Below, piece after piece: positions 1-13,761 of a DNA stretch of 64,000 bases (positions are counted from its first letter, which is position 1; the number at the start of each line of letters is the position of its first letter). Under the pieces are notes generated by a model. It did no database searches. It was not told the origin of the DNA and was given only the letters and a program-made list of their open reading frames with translations. This stretch comes from Macrostomum lignano (lineage: Eukaryota). The stretch lies in NCBI GenBank assembly GCA_002269645.1, contig NIVC01000385.1, forward strand, positions 558,001-622,000, given 5' to 3'. A program made the position numbers and the translations under genes.

Positions 1-1007
1 TGGGACCCCCACAAGATCTGTGGGGATCGGGTGTTTTTGTTATTGCGAGACAACAGCTGCACACTTCGGCACTTATGTGAGGGTTTATGGCCCAAAAAAC
101 ATCAGCAGGTTTTTCTCTTCTGACTTGCGAGCTGGTGATCATCAATTTGAAAATTTACTTTATCACGCACTTCCGTATAATTTCTGCTTCTAAAAGAGCC
201 GAATGAACTGTATTGCTAGATTGAATTATGAAAACTAAACACCTTAACAAAATCTGCGCAGTTCATCTACATGTGATTCTAAAACGATTCAACTTCAACA
301 TTCACGTGACACTGCTTGGATCGGCGTGTTTCCTTGCTTTCCTGCCTTGCCGCTTTTAGCTAGTTCGTAGAAAGGTTAAGAGGAAGTAAATGATACAAAA
401 AGACCGAATCAGATCACGTGACTCGTGCCCCACACCTCCTTTCGCCCAACGAGCTAAATGTACTTTAAGCTACTTTAGGCTTAGCTTTCCACGGGAATTC
501 CCAGGGTGTTAAAAAAAGCATCGGTGCACAAAGTTTTCTTATAGCCTCACATTTAAACTTCTCGTTTATGTTAATATTAACACGGATAGAGCTTCTAAAT
601 TTCAAGGTCATATTTCGCTATAATGCACCTACCAAAGTGATTTATTTAACACGTGACGTGCGTTTAACATGTAGTGGTTAAAAAAGGAAGTTCTCCAGCT
701 TTCTTGATTAGTTTACAACATAATTAGCGCATGTAGTTTGGTACTGCCATGCAATCCATTCTAAGAAAATAGGTCGATTCGATCGGTTATATTTCAAGGA
801 AATCTATACTGATAATAGTAGGATTAATTGGGATGCAAATACTATTATTAAGTAAATAGGTAGCCGTTGCGCAAAAAACTTGTTTTACTGACATGCTCGT
901 CGTTAATTTTTATAAAAGCTCTTTTTTTACTTGGAGTCAAGGATTTAAGTTTTTATTTATACCTTTGATTGGGTACGTAAGAAATGAAAGAGTAAATGAT
1001 ATCAAAT

Positions 1008-1565
1008 GATCAGGGATGTAGATCAGGGAGAGTGTAGATCAGGGAGGGTGTAGATCAGGGAGGGTGTAGATCAGGGAGGCTGTAGATCAGGGAGGGTGTA
1101 GATCAGGGAGGGTGTAGATCAGGGAGGGTGTAGATCAGGGGGGTGTAGATCAGGGAGGGTGTAGATCAGGGAGGGTGTAGATCAGGGAGGGTGTAGATCA
1201 GGCAGGGTGTAGATCAGGGAGGGTGTCGATCGAAGGATCAGGGCAGGTATAGATCAAAAGATAAGTCAAGGGATCAAGGAGGATCATGGAGGGTATAGAT
1301 CAAAGGATCAGGGATGGGGATCAGGGAGAGTGTAGATCGAAGTATCAGGGAGGGTGTAGATCGAAGGATCATGGAGGGTGTAGATCAGGGAGGGTTTAGA
1401 TCAGAAAGGGTGCAGCAGGGTGTAGATCAGGGAGGGTGTACATCAAAGAATTAGGAGGGTGTAGATCTAATGATTAGAGAGGGTATAGATCAAAGGATCA
1501 GGGAGGTTGAAGACCGAAGGATCAGATCGAGAGGGATAGATCGAAGGATAGTGGAGGGTGTAGAT
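1008..1565. repeat. 16-bp minisatellite (TAGATCAGGGAGGGTG)n, degenerating 3'
   Basis: Direct tandem copies visible, near-perfect over about 1019-1225. Confidence 0.95.
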
Positions 1566-2814
1566 ACAAAACTCAGAGATAGTTTTTCAATATACAGCAA
1601 ACAATCAATTTTTATTAGCTATATAATATGAACTATTAGCTTAAATGTAATTTAAAGCAGTTTAAATTATTTGGCAGAAATATTTCCGCGTGGGCGGGGC
1701 CGCTGTTACTATAGCAATATACATGTAGATCGAGCATTAGCGTGGGTGGATCAAAAGGCAGGATCTATCGACTATATGAGATCACACCACCGCGCCCACC
1801 AATGCCATCAGTACGTCAAAAATTTAATTGGCTATTTCCTCTAGGCTGCGGATGGTCTGATCCCAGTGTTAGAGATGGGATAAATTTTGAACTTTTAAAG
1901 CAAGCAAATTTTCAACCTATGAAATTTGAATCTATGGGAACTGTGCAGGCAATTCATACATCATTATTGCTTAAATTTTGGCTTTTCTTTTTAATTGATG
2001 GAACCATTCCGCCGCTGAAAAAGTTGTTGGAGCTCTTCGGCTCTTGCTACGCTTGTGTTGGTCGAAAAATTAGTCAAAAAAACTAGAGCAGGCATATGTG
2101 GGCGGCGCCCATTTAATTGAAGCAATTGCACAAAAAAGAGGCAAAAGCACCTTCTCTCTTGCTCTCTTTCAGACGAGATGAATGGCTGCAATTTTATTGT
2201 GCGTGGGCGGGTTAGCTGTTTGAGTCGTGTAAAACGCAGCGTGCAACAATGACAGCAATCTAATTGAGATATTCTGGCGTCCCATGACGAATAATAATTA
2301 TGGAATTATATTTACCTTGCTCGCTCGACTCACTAACCCGCGAAATTAATTAATGATATTTGAATGCTTTTTAAAGCCCTGTGCCGCATCTGAGCAGATA
2401 AAATTAAAATAGGTTTTTTTAAACCTAACCATAACTACCATGTACGAGTAGCAGATTGAAGTTGAAAGATCATAATTGCAGGGAACTTTTATGTAGCTTG
2501 AGTAGCTGTACAGTTAAGAATTGCATTTAACAGATTGTAATTTGTTTTATGATGTACGTGTACGACATATTTACGCTCGTACATATACATTTTACTTCGC
2601 AAAAAAAAGAAAAGTGCACGAACTACTACGTAAGTTGTCCGTGAAAAAGTGTTTGGGGTAGAATTTAGGGATAATTTGCCAGCAGGTCGTTTGCTTGCCA
2701 ATTTGCCCAGGCAGTGTGATGATTATAATTCATTTAAGTCGTAAACGAGAAGCAAAAAACTTGCAATATATTGTTACATCAACAGTTCGACATCTGAATT
2801 GTGTTGGTAGTAAC

Positions 2815-4369
2815 TAGGGGTGTTTGGGATGGCATTTTTTCGGGGTTCGGGGTTAACCCCGATCCCGAAAATATCTTTCGGGAATCCCGAACCCCGTCCC
2901 GAACATTTATCGGGAACCCCGAACCCCGTCCCGAACCCTAATCCCGACCCCGAACCCCGATAACGCTGAAGTAAGCAATAGCATGAAATAAAAAGTGGTA
3001 TTGACGGCTACTTACGACTATTAGCCTGTTTCAGTTCAACTTAAAATTAATGTGAAATTAATTTAAGGCAGGTTGCATTTCTTTTGTTTTCTTTTTCCAA
3101 TAGTGAATCAAATAGTGAACTCAAGGTTCGAAAACCACTATTTATTCAGTATATTATTCAATTCCATCGATTACGAATACGAAATACGAACTAACGAACT
3201 TAAGAACTCAACGGTTGTGTTCATTGAGCAACAATTTTGCTGTGTTTGATGTGTGAAACATCATGTGCCTCTTTCTCTGCAGAGATAGAAGCTATCTTAT
3301 CAATCAAGAATCAATCTCTCTTTTTCTTAATCTCGTTTACTTAGTCTTTGCTGGCATTGCCATTGATGCACGTTGACGCTAGTAAACACTAAAATAGTCT
3401 GAATTCTCATGTCATCTAATCTAAATGATCAGACTACCAAGTGATGATAGAATAGAACGCGAGTCGCTTTACAGTCTCTGGCTCAACGAATATGGCATAC
3501 AGCTAATCAAATTTGTCTCGCAAGAACATTAACTTGCTGAGCGATCAGCTGGTGAGGTGAAGCTTAGCGAGCTCTGCCAGCTCTGGAAGATTAGCGGAGT
3601 TCTGCTTCCAGAATTCGCTGACTGCTACCTGAAAATTCTGCTGCGCTAGACTCCTGTACAGAGAAAGCTGATCAGCTGCTCTGCGCCTCGCTTCCTTCTT
3701 CCTCGCGTCTCCTCTGGCGCCAGAGTTCGATGCACTCGCAGTCGCATTGCACTCCTGAGTGGTAATTCCAGATAATCTGCAGAACTGCAAAAACTTGCAT
3801 CCAGAGCTCTCTTAAGTACCCGAAATGACATTATCGTGCATCTCCTCGGTAGCGGCCATTGTATTTGCGCTGCTGGCAGCAGCAGCGGCATCTTGCCCAG
3901 AAAGCTCTTGCTCAAGGCTCCAGATGACCTCACTCTTGAGATGGTTTTGGATGTCCACCATGTCACCCAGGTTTAGATGGGGCGATGCGACGATTGTATT
4001 GTCTAGAAAAGCAGCGGTCTTGTAGAACAAGATGTTGAAGTCTTTGCAATCAAATGTGTAGCTTGTTCAGCTGCTCCATAAGACGCCTCCGAATGGATCG
4101 ATCGACGCCGTCAACATCAGCAGAAAGAAATTGCCGCAGACCATAGCGGACGACATTCTAATTCATAAGGATTTTTTCGTAGTTCTATGGGAATTCAGAA
4201 AATTTGCGAAACCCCGAAAACCCCGAAATCCCGGTCCAAAATCCCGTCCCGAACCCCGATCCCGAAAATTTATCGGGAACCCCGAACCCCATCCCGAACA
4301 TTCATCGGGACCCCGAACCCCGACCCCTAATCCCGACCCCGAACCCCGACCTAACCCCGAACACCCCTA
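2815..4369 (-). mobile_element. Internally deleted hAT-type DNA transposon
   Basis: 10-bp TIR TAGGGGTGTT (2815) / AACACCCCTA (ends 4369); GTAAC flanks both ends; CCCCGAA-rich subterminal repeats at both ends; transposase relic inside. Confidence 0.85.
3503..4110 (-). pseudogene. hAT transposase C-terminal relic (hATC dimerization-like)
   Basis: FYKTAAFLD resembles the hAT A-x-x-LDP motif; EFWKQNSANLPELAELAKLHLTS then SLSKLMFLRDKF resemble the hATC domain with the ERxFS segment missing; frameshifts and stops. Confidence 0.75.
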
Positions 4370-5704
4370 GTAACCAACGTACAAAGCCCCAGAAATCTAC
4401 ATTTATAATACAATCATGCGAGTTTCTGAACTGCTGGATAGCCTTTGTGCATTGTTGTGATATAAGCTTTTAGTCGGTGGATTGGCAGAAACTTAAGTAA
4501 TGGCTAGCTCCTAATAAAACAGCCGATATTCATGCCTTTTACAATGAAGCCTTTTATATGCCTTTTACCGGGAAAAATGTTATTACGATACAGAATTTAC
4601 AACAAAATTAGACTAGCAAAGTCCTTGGTTTATTTTTCTATAATATAAAAAGAGGATTTTGTAACTGTTTTTGCCGTTTTTAGGATCACGTCTATCATAA
4701 ATAAAAATTTTGAAGTCGCTTTTGATAAAATAATAATCGTAAAAAACGAAAAAAGTGATTTAACAGCTTGTATTTTCGTGTGGCGGTGATTTAAAGGTAA
4801 CGTATTTCTTGAAAAGGTTAAAAATTATCGTGGAGACCAGTAAGAGACCGCCGCACAGCATTTTCATTGACCATGCCAAGTTACTCATGGGTACTCAAAC
4901 ATATATATTACTCAATATATGTTATATGTTACTCAAACATATTTTTCATGCGATGTTTACATTTTAGTTGTAATTCAGTTGATTTTGAGCTGCAAATACA
5001 ATTTAATATTGAGCTTGATAAGTGATCGAGTGTTTTAGCTCATGTTTATCTCTGTACTTGGACAGTAATCCTTAGTTTAAAGCCTAACAATCCATTTAAA
5101 AGTATTCGAACGATTTCAAATGATTTTTGTAATCCCAGTATTGTAAAAATGTTGGTAACACTAATAGCTATATAAGTAAAAAGATATTACAATAAGCAGA
5201 TAGATTTGTCATTATTTTGTGCCAGCTATCCCTAATAGCATCTGTTGGTTTGCTTTTTGACAGTGAATATAAGTTAAATTGTTTAAAGGTAATTTCTCAA
5301 TAAATTATAATGTTTAAGTAGTAATTTTCTATACAGTTATTGTGTTGACCAATTGCTTACTGCAGTTTTAATTAAATTGATAGCTTTAAAAACATTGTTA
5401 ATGTTTTAAATAAATGATGAAATACTTTGTAATTTCTGAATTGTCTTAATTGTTTCGAAAAATTCTGTATATCAAGCATTTTATTTTATTTATACACATA
5501 TCCAAATATTAAATATATTATTTTTAGTTATGTAAAGAAATACCCCAGACTGTTTTTTAGGAATCAAGCTTATATCTATTTCAAATACTTCTTTATTTTC
5601 AGCCTAGCAGCATTGGGGTTCCTCGCTGATCAGGCAACTGCTTGGAATCTCATTTAGGAGACAGTCTTGCTCAAGTCCCGACCAAGTTCCTGAATATTAA
5701 AAAA

Positions 5705-8700
5705 ATGGTAGAACTACAGGACAACTACAGAAGCATCCACTGGAACCCGGAACTTCTGGCCTCACGCGATACCGGCTTCGCTTCGGCCGATTTTAGCGAA
5801 CAAGCTGAGCACCAGGCCTACCATCAGCTTCAAACGGAGAATCTGAGCGCTAAGCTGTACGAGCGGTCGCGTATTAAAGCTCTGGCTGAAGAGAGAGAAG
5901 CGGTGCAAAAGAAGACATTTACTAAATGGCTCAACCTTCATGTTGCACGGTTTGACTTTTATGTTCAAGATCTCTATCTGGAATTGCGAGATGGAAAGGT
6001 AGGTTTAATGTAATTCATTTCCATATTACATTTAACAACTCTATTCGTATCGATCTTGGCGCTTATGAGAGGTTTTATCAGAGGTTGTTGCGAAATTGAC
6101 CCGATATTTTAGCTCAATAGTTCAATAAAACTAGTTACTATATAAATAATAATAATAATAATACAATTATTGATTACACCTGCCCTGATGGCCAGATGTG
6201 CAACCGACAGCTCAGCCGCAGCTATAGAGCGGCGCATCTGAAGGCTGCGTACGGCTGTTCAGTCCAAAGACTGGGGGCTCGCCACACACCTTCAATTACC
6301 CCAGCTAATGCTGGCACCCATTTAACTGAAGCAATGCAGAGTTAAGTGTCTTGCTTAAAAACATAAATTGTTCCGAGCGGGTCGAGAATCGAACCCCCGA
6401 CCTTTCAGTCGTGAGCCCGACGCTCTAACCTCTAGGCTACAAGCCCCTATATATTTATGTCTCTGATTATTTTGTTATACTGTACTGAAAAACATCCTAC
6501 GCTAGAATTCCTTTCCGAAATTGAAATTAACTTGTCTAAATACAACTGTCTTGTCAGGTACTGCTCAAACTACTCGAGTCGCTGACTGGCGATCGACTGC
6601 CTCGACCAACTCGCGGTCGAATGCGAATTCACTGTCTGGAGAATGTTGATAAATCATTGTGCTACTTGACTGAGCAATGCGTTCACCTGGAGAATCTCGG
6701 CGCGCACGACATTGTTGATGGCAATGCCAGGCTGACCCTGGGCCTGATCTGGACTATTATACTGCGGTTCCAGATTCAAAGCGTGCTAGAGGATGTTCAA
6801 GAACAACCGGAGGACGAGTGCAGATCCGTGACGTTGACAACGTTGGCAGAATTTGTTGCTCCATCGCAGTCGGACAGTCGGCAGGCTAAAGACGCCCTGC
6901 TGTTGTGGTGCCAGATGAAAACTGCCGGCTATGCCAATGTGAATGTGAGGAATTTTACTAACAGCTGGCAGGACGGACTGGCGTTTAATGCCATCATTCA
7001 CAGGCACAGGTGAGCGGGGACTGCTGGCTGAAGTTTTATGGGGTGTTGTATGAGCTCATTGTAGGGTGATGTATGAGCTCATTGTAGGGTGCTGTATGAG
7101 CTCATTGTAGGGTGCTGTATGAGCTCATTGTAGGGTGATGTATGAGCTCATTGTAGGGTGATGTATGAGCTCATTGTAGGGTGATGTGTGAGCTCATTGT
7201 AGGGTGATGTATGTATGAGCTCATTGTAGGGTGATGTATGAGCTCATTGTAGGGTGGTGTATGAGCTCATTGTAGGGTGATGTATGAGCTCATTGTAGTG
7301 TGTTGTATAAGCTCATTGTAGTGTGTTGTATGAGCTCATTGTAGGGTGATGTATGAGCTCATTGTAGGGTGATGTATGAGCTCATTGTAGGGTGATGTAT
7401 GAGCTCATTGTAGTGTGTTGTATGAGCTCATTGTAGGGTGATGTATGTATGAGCTCATTGTAGGGTGATGTATGAGCTCATTGTAGGGTGATGTATGTAT
7501 GAGCTCATTGTAGGGTGATGTATGAGCTCATTGTAGGGTGATGTATGAGCTCATTGTAGGGTGATGTATGAGCTCATTGTAGGGTGATGTATGAGCTCAT
7601 TGTAGGGTGATGTATGAGCTCATTGTAGGGTGGTGTATGAGCTCATTGTAGGGTGATGTATGAGCTCATTGTAGGGTGATGTATGAGCTCATTGTAGGGT
7701 GATGTATGAGCTCATTGTAGGGTGATGTATGAGCTCATTGTAGGGTGATGTATGTGCCCACTGTATGAGTGCATTGTGGAAGAATTAAGCTAGGAACTCA
7801 TTTAAGGGCAATGCTGTAAATTAGCGGTTTATCGAATGACTCACAAAGGTGATACTTGAGAGTCTTCGTAAGACCCTCCGGATGGGCATCACCATGGTTA
7901 CCAAAATCGACACTAGTTGCCAAAAAATTGCATGAAATTAAAGCTTCGCTCCAAATATAAAGTGGAAAATATCAAACACTTACTCTATAGCCAACTGGAA
8001 TCCCGGCATGAAGTGAATACATTATGCTATTTATGCTACCAAGGGAAACTTGCGTCAGCGCTGAGATCTAGCTTCTAATTCCAGAAAAAAGGCAGGAAAA
8101 AGTAAAATAGCTATACTTGATCTTCGTGTTTCCTTTCTTGGTTAGAAATTGAGACGCAAAACATTCGCGCGACTTTGCTTTGTAGCTAAAATGCCTACCT
8201 GTTCCCTCAACCTGTGGCGTGTGAATGCGTGAGAAATAAATAAAGAATGAAGAGGGGAAAGAGAGATTGGAAAAGTTGACCATAAGTTTAGAATTACCAC
8301 CCAGGTAGACCTGCAGGTAGCTTAATTAGCTAGCTCATTGGCTCAGGTATATTAGCTTTGCTGCATAGCAACACCAGTTCAAAGCAATTTTTTATTAAAT
8401 AACCAACTTATCGTTATCGTCGATATGAGCATTTTGTTCTAAGAAAGCATGTTTTGAAGGCTTTGAACTTTTCAGAAGTTGTAGATTAATTTTTACCCAC
8501 TTTGCCTAAATTTTGCAATACTTTTATTCAATATTTTTAGATTTAAAATTAAACTACTTTTAGTAGTTTACACAAGTGATTTACCCGATCACTTTAAAGA
8601 TAATATTTAAAAACCAGCATTTTAACAAAACTTTTGCAAGATGTCTCATATTCTATAGAGTAAATAAACTACTAAAAGTAGTTGATACAAATATTTTATT

Positions 8701-11700
8701 GGGCCGTTTAAGAGAAAATTTCAAAAGCATGATTTTAACAAAAAAATTATGAGATTTTCATCTCGTATTCTAAAGCTAAGAATAGCCTACTAACAGTAGT
8801 TTAAAAAGTAGCTTTATACTATATCAGTTAAAAATATTAAAACCAATATTATAACTTACATTTCTCTAAGTAAAGAAAAGCTACTATGAGTAGCTTACAC
8901 ATTTTTACATTTTTACAATGAGAAAGAGAAGATTACTGTACATAAGCTATTTGTACAAATACTGTAGCAAGGGCAGTGCTCTTTCAACCTTAGCCAGTCC
9001 TTATCTACGTATTTAGCTAGCCTATTTGCCAGCTTGGCAACTGCAGACAGAGTATCTGCGCAGTTTAGATGAGACTTACGAGTACTTACTTTTATAGAAT
9101 GAGAGTCAGTCAAAAGCGCCTTCGAGACGAACCAATATATGTTACTATTTAAGTACACCTCCCAGTGAGTATAATGAGAGTGAATTCTTCTATTTAACAG
9201 GCCGGATCTGGTAGACTTCAATGCGTTAAACAAATCGGAGCCCATGGCTAATTTGACTAACGCGTTTCAAGTGGCCGACGAGAAACTCGGCCTTGCTCAG
9301 CTGCTGGATCCCGAAGGTGAGCGGCTAGAACAGTTGTTGAACTTATTTTTTAGTCTGATATTGCTAGCGTCACTTAGCCTGAATTTGGCGCTAATTATCC
9401 TTAATTTGGCGCTAATTATCCTGAATTTGGCGCTAATTGTGCTGAATTTGGCGCTAATTATCCTGAATTTGGCGCTAATTATCCTGAATTTGGCGCTAAT
9501 TATCCTGAATTTGGCGCTAATTATCCTGAATTTGGCGCCACTAATCCTGAATTTGGCGCTAATTATCCTGAATTTGGCGCTAATTATCCTGAATTTGGCG
9601 CCACTAATCCTGAATTTGGCGCTAATTATCCTGAATTTGGCACCCCTAATCCTGAATTTGGCGCTAATTATCCTGAATTTGGCGCCACTAATCCTGAACT
9701 TGGCGCCAATTATCCAAGAGTTGGCGCCACTTATCCTGAATTCGGCGCTGATCATCCTGAATTTGGCGCCACTAATCCTGAATTTGGCGCTAATTATCCT
9801 GAACTTGGCGCCAATTATCCAAGAGTTGGCGCCACTTATCCTGAATTCGGCGCTGATCATCCTGAATTTGGCGCCACTTATCCTTAACTTGGCGCCGCTT
9901 GTCCTGAATTTAGCGCTCCTTATCCTAAAATTTGACCAGATGTGAACGTCGATCAGCCTGACGAGAAATCGATAATGACGTACGTGGTTAGTTATTATCA
10001 CTACTTCTCCAAGGCAAAATCTGAGTCCGTATCCGCTAAACGATTGAGTCGGGTACTGCAACAGGCTCAAGACATTAGCGAATTGATTGGACAATATGAG
10101 CAATTGTCAACCAGTTTGATTAAATGGATTGAACAGACTATTGAGCTGTTGAATGATCGACAGCTCGCCAATTCTGTAGCCGGTGTCCAGACTCAATTGC
10201 AGGTGAGTTTCTGCTTTATTCTTCAGTGACCTACCAATCCTTTGTCAGATTGTCAGTGACTTACCAATCATTTGTCAGCTCTTCAGTGACCTACCAATCA
10301 TTTGTCAGATCTTCAGTGACCTACCAATCCTTTGTCAGATTGTCAGTGACTTACCAATCATTTGTCAGCTCTTCAGTGACCTACCAATTCTTTGTCAGAG
10401 CTTCAGTGACCTAAAAATCCTTTGTCAGCTCTTCAGTGACCTACCAATCATTTGTCAGATCTTCAGTGACCTACCAATCCTTTGTCAGAGCTTCAGTGAC
10501 CTACCAATTCTTTGTCAGCTCTTCAGTGACCTACCAATCATTTGTCAGATCTTCAGTGACCTACCAATCCTTTGTCAGATTGTCAGTGACTTACCAATCA
10601 TTTGTCAGCTCTTCAGTGACCTACCAATCCTTTGTCAGAGCTTCAGTGACCTACCAATCCTTTGTCAGATCGTCAGTGACCTACCAATCATTTTTCAGAT
10701 CTTCAGTGACCTACCAATCCTTTGTCAGAGCTTCAGTGACCTACCAATCCTTTGTCAGATCGTCAGTGACCTACCAATCATTTGTCAGATCTTCAGTGAC
10801 CTACCAATCCTTTGTCAGATTGTCAGTGACCTACCAATCATTTGTCAGATCTTCAGTGACCTACCAATCCTTTGTCAGATCGTCAGTGACCTACCAATCC
10901 TTTGTCAGAGCTTCAGTGACCTACCAATCATTTGTCAGATCGTCAGTGACCTACCAATCATTTGTCAGATCTTCAGTGACCTACCAATCCTTTGTCAGAT
11001 CTTCAGTGACCTACCAATCCTTTGTCAGAGCTTCAGTGACCTACCAATCATTTGTCAGATCGTCAGTGACCTACCAATCATTTGTCAGATCTTCAGTGAC
11101 CTACCAATCCTTTGTCAGATTGTCAGTGACCTACCAATCATTTGTCAGATCTTCAGTGACCTACCAATCCTTTGTCAGATCGTCAGTGACCTACCAATCC
11201 TTTGTCAGATCGTCAGTGACCTATCAATCCTTTGTCAGATCTTCAGTGACCTACCAATCCTTTGTCAGATCTTCAGTGACCTACCAACTCCCAGTGACCT
11301 ACCAACTCCCAGTGATCTACAAACTCCCAGTGACCTACCAACTCCCAGTGACCTACCAATTCCCAGTGACCTACCAACTCCCAATGACCTACCAACTCCC
11401 AGTGACCTACCAACTCCCAGTGACCTACCAACTCCCAGTGAACTACCAACTTCCAGTGACCTACCAACTCCCAGTGAACTACCCAACTCCCAGTGAACTA
11501 CCCAATTCATTGAAAGCCGTTCAGTGACCTGCCAATCCTACAATGCATACGCAGGCATTCGGAACCTATCGAGCGGTAGAGAAGCCGCCAAAGTTCACAG
11601 AGAAAGGCAATCTGGAGGTGCAGCTATTCACTATACAACAGAGACTGCGAGCCAATAACCAGAAACCGCACCTGCCCAGAGAACTTGGCCTTCTAGCCAG

Positions 11701-13706
11701 AGTAGACGAAGCTTGGCACCGTCTTGAAGGAGCGGAGCACGTCAGAGACATCGCCCTGCACGAGGAGCTGATGCGACAGCGGCGCCTCGAACAGCTGGCC
11801 AATCGGTTCGATCGCAAAGCGGACATGCGGGAAGCTTGGCTAAGGGAAAATCAGAGCCTAGTTGGGCAGGATAACTTTGGCAAAGATTTGCCTGCGGTTC
11901 GGGCGGCCACTTGCAAGCACGGAGCAATTGAAACTGATATATTTGCGTATGAGGAAAGGGTTACGGCTGTGGTAAGTGATGTTGTTGTTCATTGGCTTTT
12001 GTTTGCTGAATATCTATTTGTTTGACCATAATTTAGCCTACCAGAGGGATTTCTCTGCGTCTAAAAAGGGAATTCTTCTGTTTCTTAGGGGAATTCCTCT
12101 GATTCTCAGTGGGGAATTTCTGAGTTTTTAAAGGTGGAATTTTTCTAATTCTCACAGGGGAATCTCTCACTTCACAAAGGGGAATTTCTCTGATTCTCAG
12201 AGGGGCATTTCTCACTTCACAAAGGGGAATTTCTCTGATTCTCAGAGGGGCATTTCTCACTTCACAAAGAGGAATTTCTCTGATTCTCAGAGGGGCATTT
12301 CTCACTTCACAAAGAGGAATTTCTCTGATTCTCAGAGGGGCATTTCTCACTTCACAAAGGGGAATTTCTCTGATTCTCAGAGGGGCATTGCTCACTTCAC
12401 AAAGAGGAATTTCTCTGATTCTCAGAGGGGCATTGCTCACTTCACAAAGGGGAATTTCTCTGATTCTCAGAGGGGCATTTCTCACTTCACAAAGGGGAAT
12501 TTCTCTGATTCTCAGAGGGGCATTTCTCACTTCACAAAGAGGAATTTCTCTGATTCTCAGAGGGGCATTGCTCACTTCACAAAGGGGAATTTCTCTGATT
12601 CTCAGAGGGGCATTTCTCACTTCACAAAGAGGAATTTCTCTGATTCTCAGAGGGGCATTTCTCACTTCACGAAGGGGAATTTCTCTGATTCTCAGTGGGG
12701 AATTTCTGAGTTTTAAAAAGCGGAATTTTTTTTTATTCTCACAGGGGAATCTCTCAACTCACAAAGAGGAATTTCTCTGATTCTCAGAGGGACATTTCTC
12801 ACTTCACAAAGGGGAATTTGTCCGATTCTCAGAGGGACATTTCTCACTTCACAAAGGGGAATTTGTCCGATTCTCAGAGGGACATTTCTCACTTCACAAA
12901 GGGGAATTTCTCTGATTCTCAGTGGGGAATTTCTGAGTTTTTAAAAGCGGAATTTTTCTGATTCTCACAGGGGAATCTCTCACTTCACAAAGGGGAATTT
13001 CTCTGATTCTCAGAGGGGCATTTCTCACTTCACAAAGAGGAATTTCTCTGATTCTCAGATTGGCATTTCTCACCCTTCAAAGGGGGATTTTTCAGTTTTT
13101 TTAACATGGAATTTCTCAGTTTCTTAGACTGGAACTTTTATTTTTTTATATGGGGAATTTCTCAGTTTCTCAAAACAGAATTTCTCTTTGTGTCGAATAG
13201 GCATATCTCATTTTCTTTGAGAGAATTTCTGTGCTTCTTGGAGGGGAAATTTCTGCTTCCGAAAGGCAGCTAATGATGTTTTTAAATGAGAATTTATCTG
13301 CATCTCAAAGTTAATTTTTTGGGAAATTTCTCGCTAAGGGGAATTTCATAATACACTCAGTGGCCACAACTCGTTGAATTTGACTGATTATATTAACTAG
13401 TAGAATGTAATATGCTATAGCAATTTGAATTCCGATTCAATAAATCATAATTAACTTCATCCTACAGGTCCGCCTGTCAGCCGAGCTACAGGCCGAGTCC
13501 TACCATGACGTGGCCAGAGTTCTGGAACGCAAAGACAGTGTGCTCCGATTGTGGGAGCACCTGCTGGCCCTGCTGAGGGGCCGGCGAATGCGCTTGGACT
13601 TGACACTGCAGCTGCAGTTGGTGTATCAGGTGAGTTATTTAGTGAGTTAGTGAGTTGGTTAGTTAATCAGTTAGTCAGTGATTTATATATTTATTTAATT
13701 ATTTTT

Positions 13707-13761
<55 letters not shown>

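Noticed and set aside
1742-2701. Short ORFs upstream of the hAT element
   Set aside because: No recognisable motifs and no convincing splice structure.
6380-6447. tRNA gene (also the SINE heads at 17250-17315, 23610-23675, 24183-24250)
   Set aside because: A/B boxes are present but each continues into a shared SINE body and tail, and the acceptor stems are poor.
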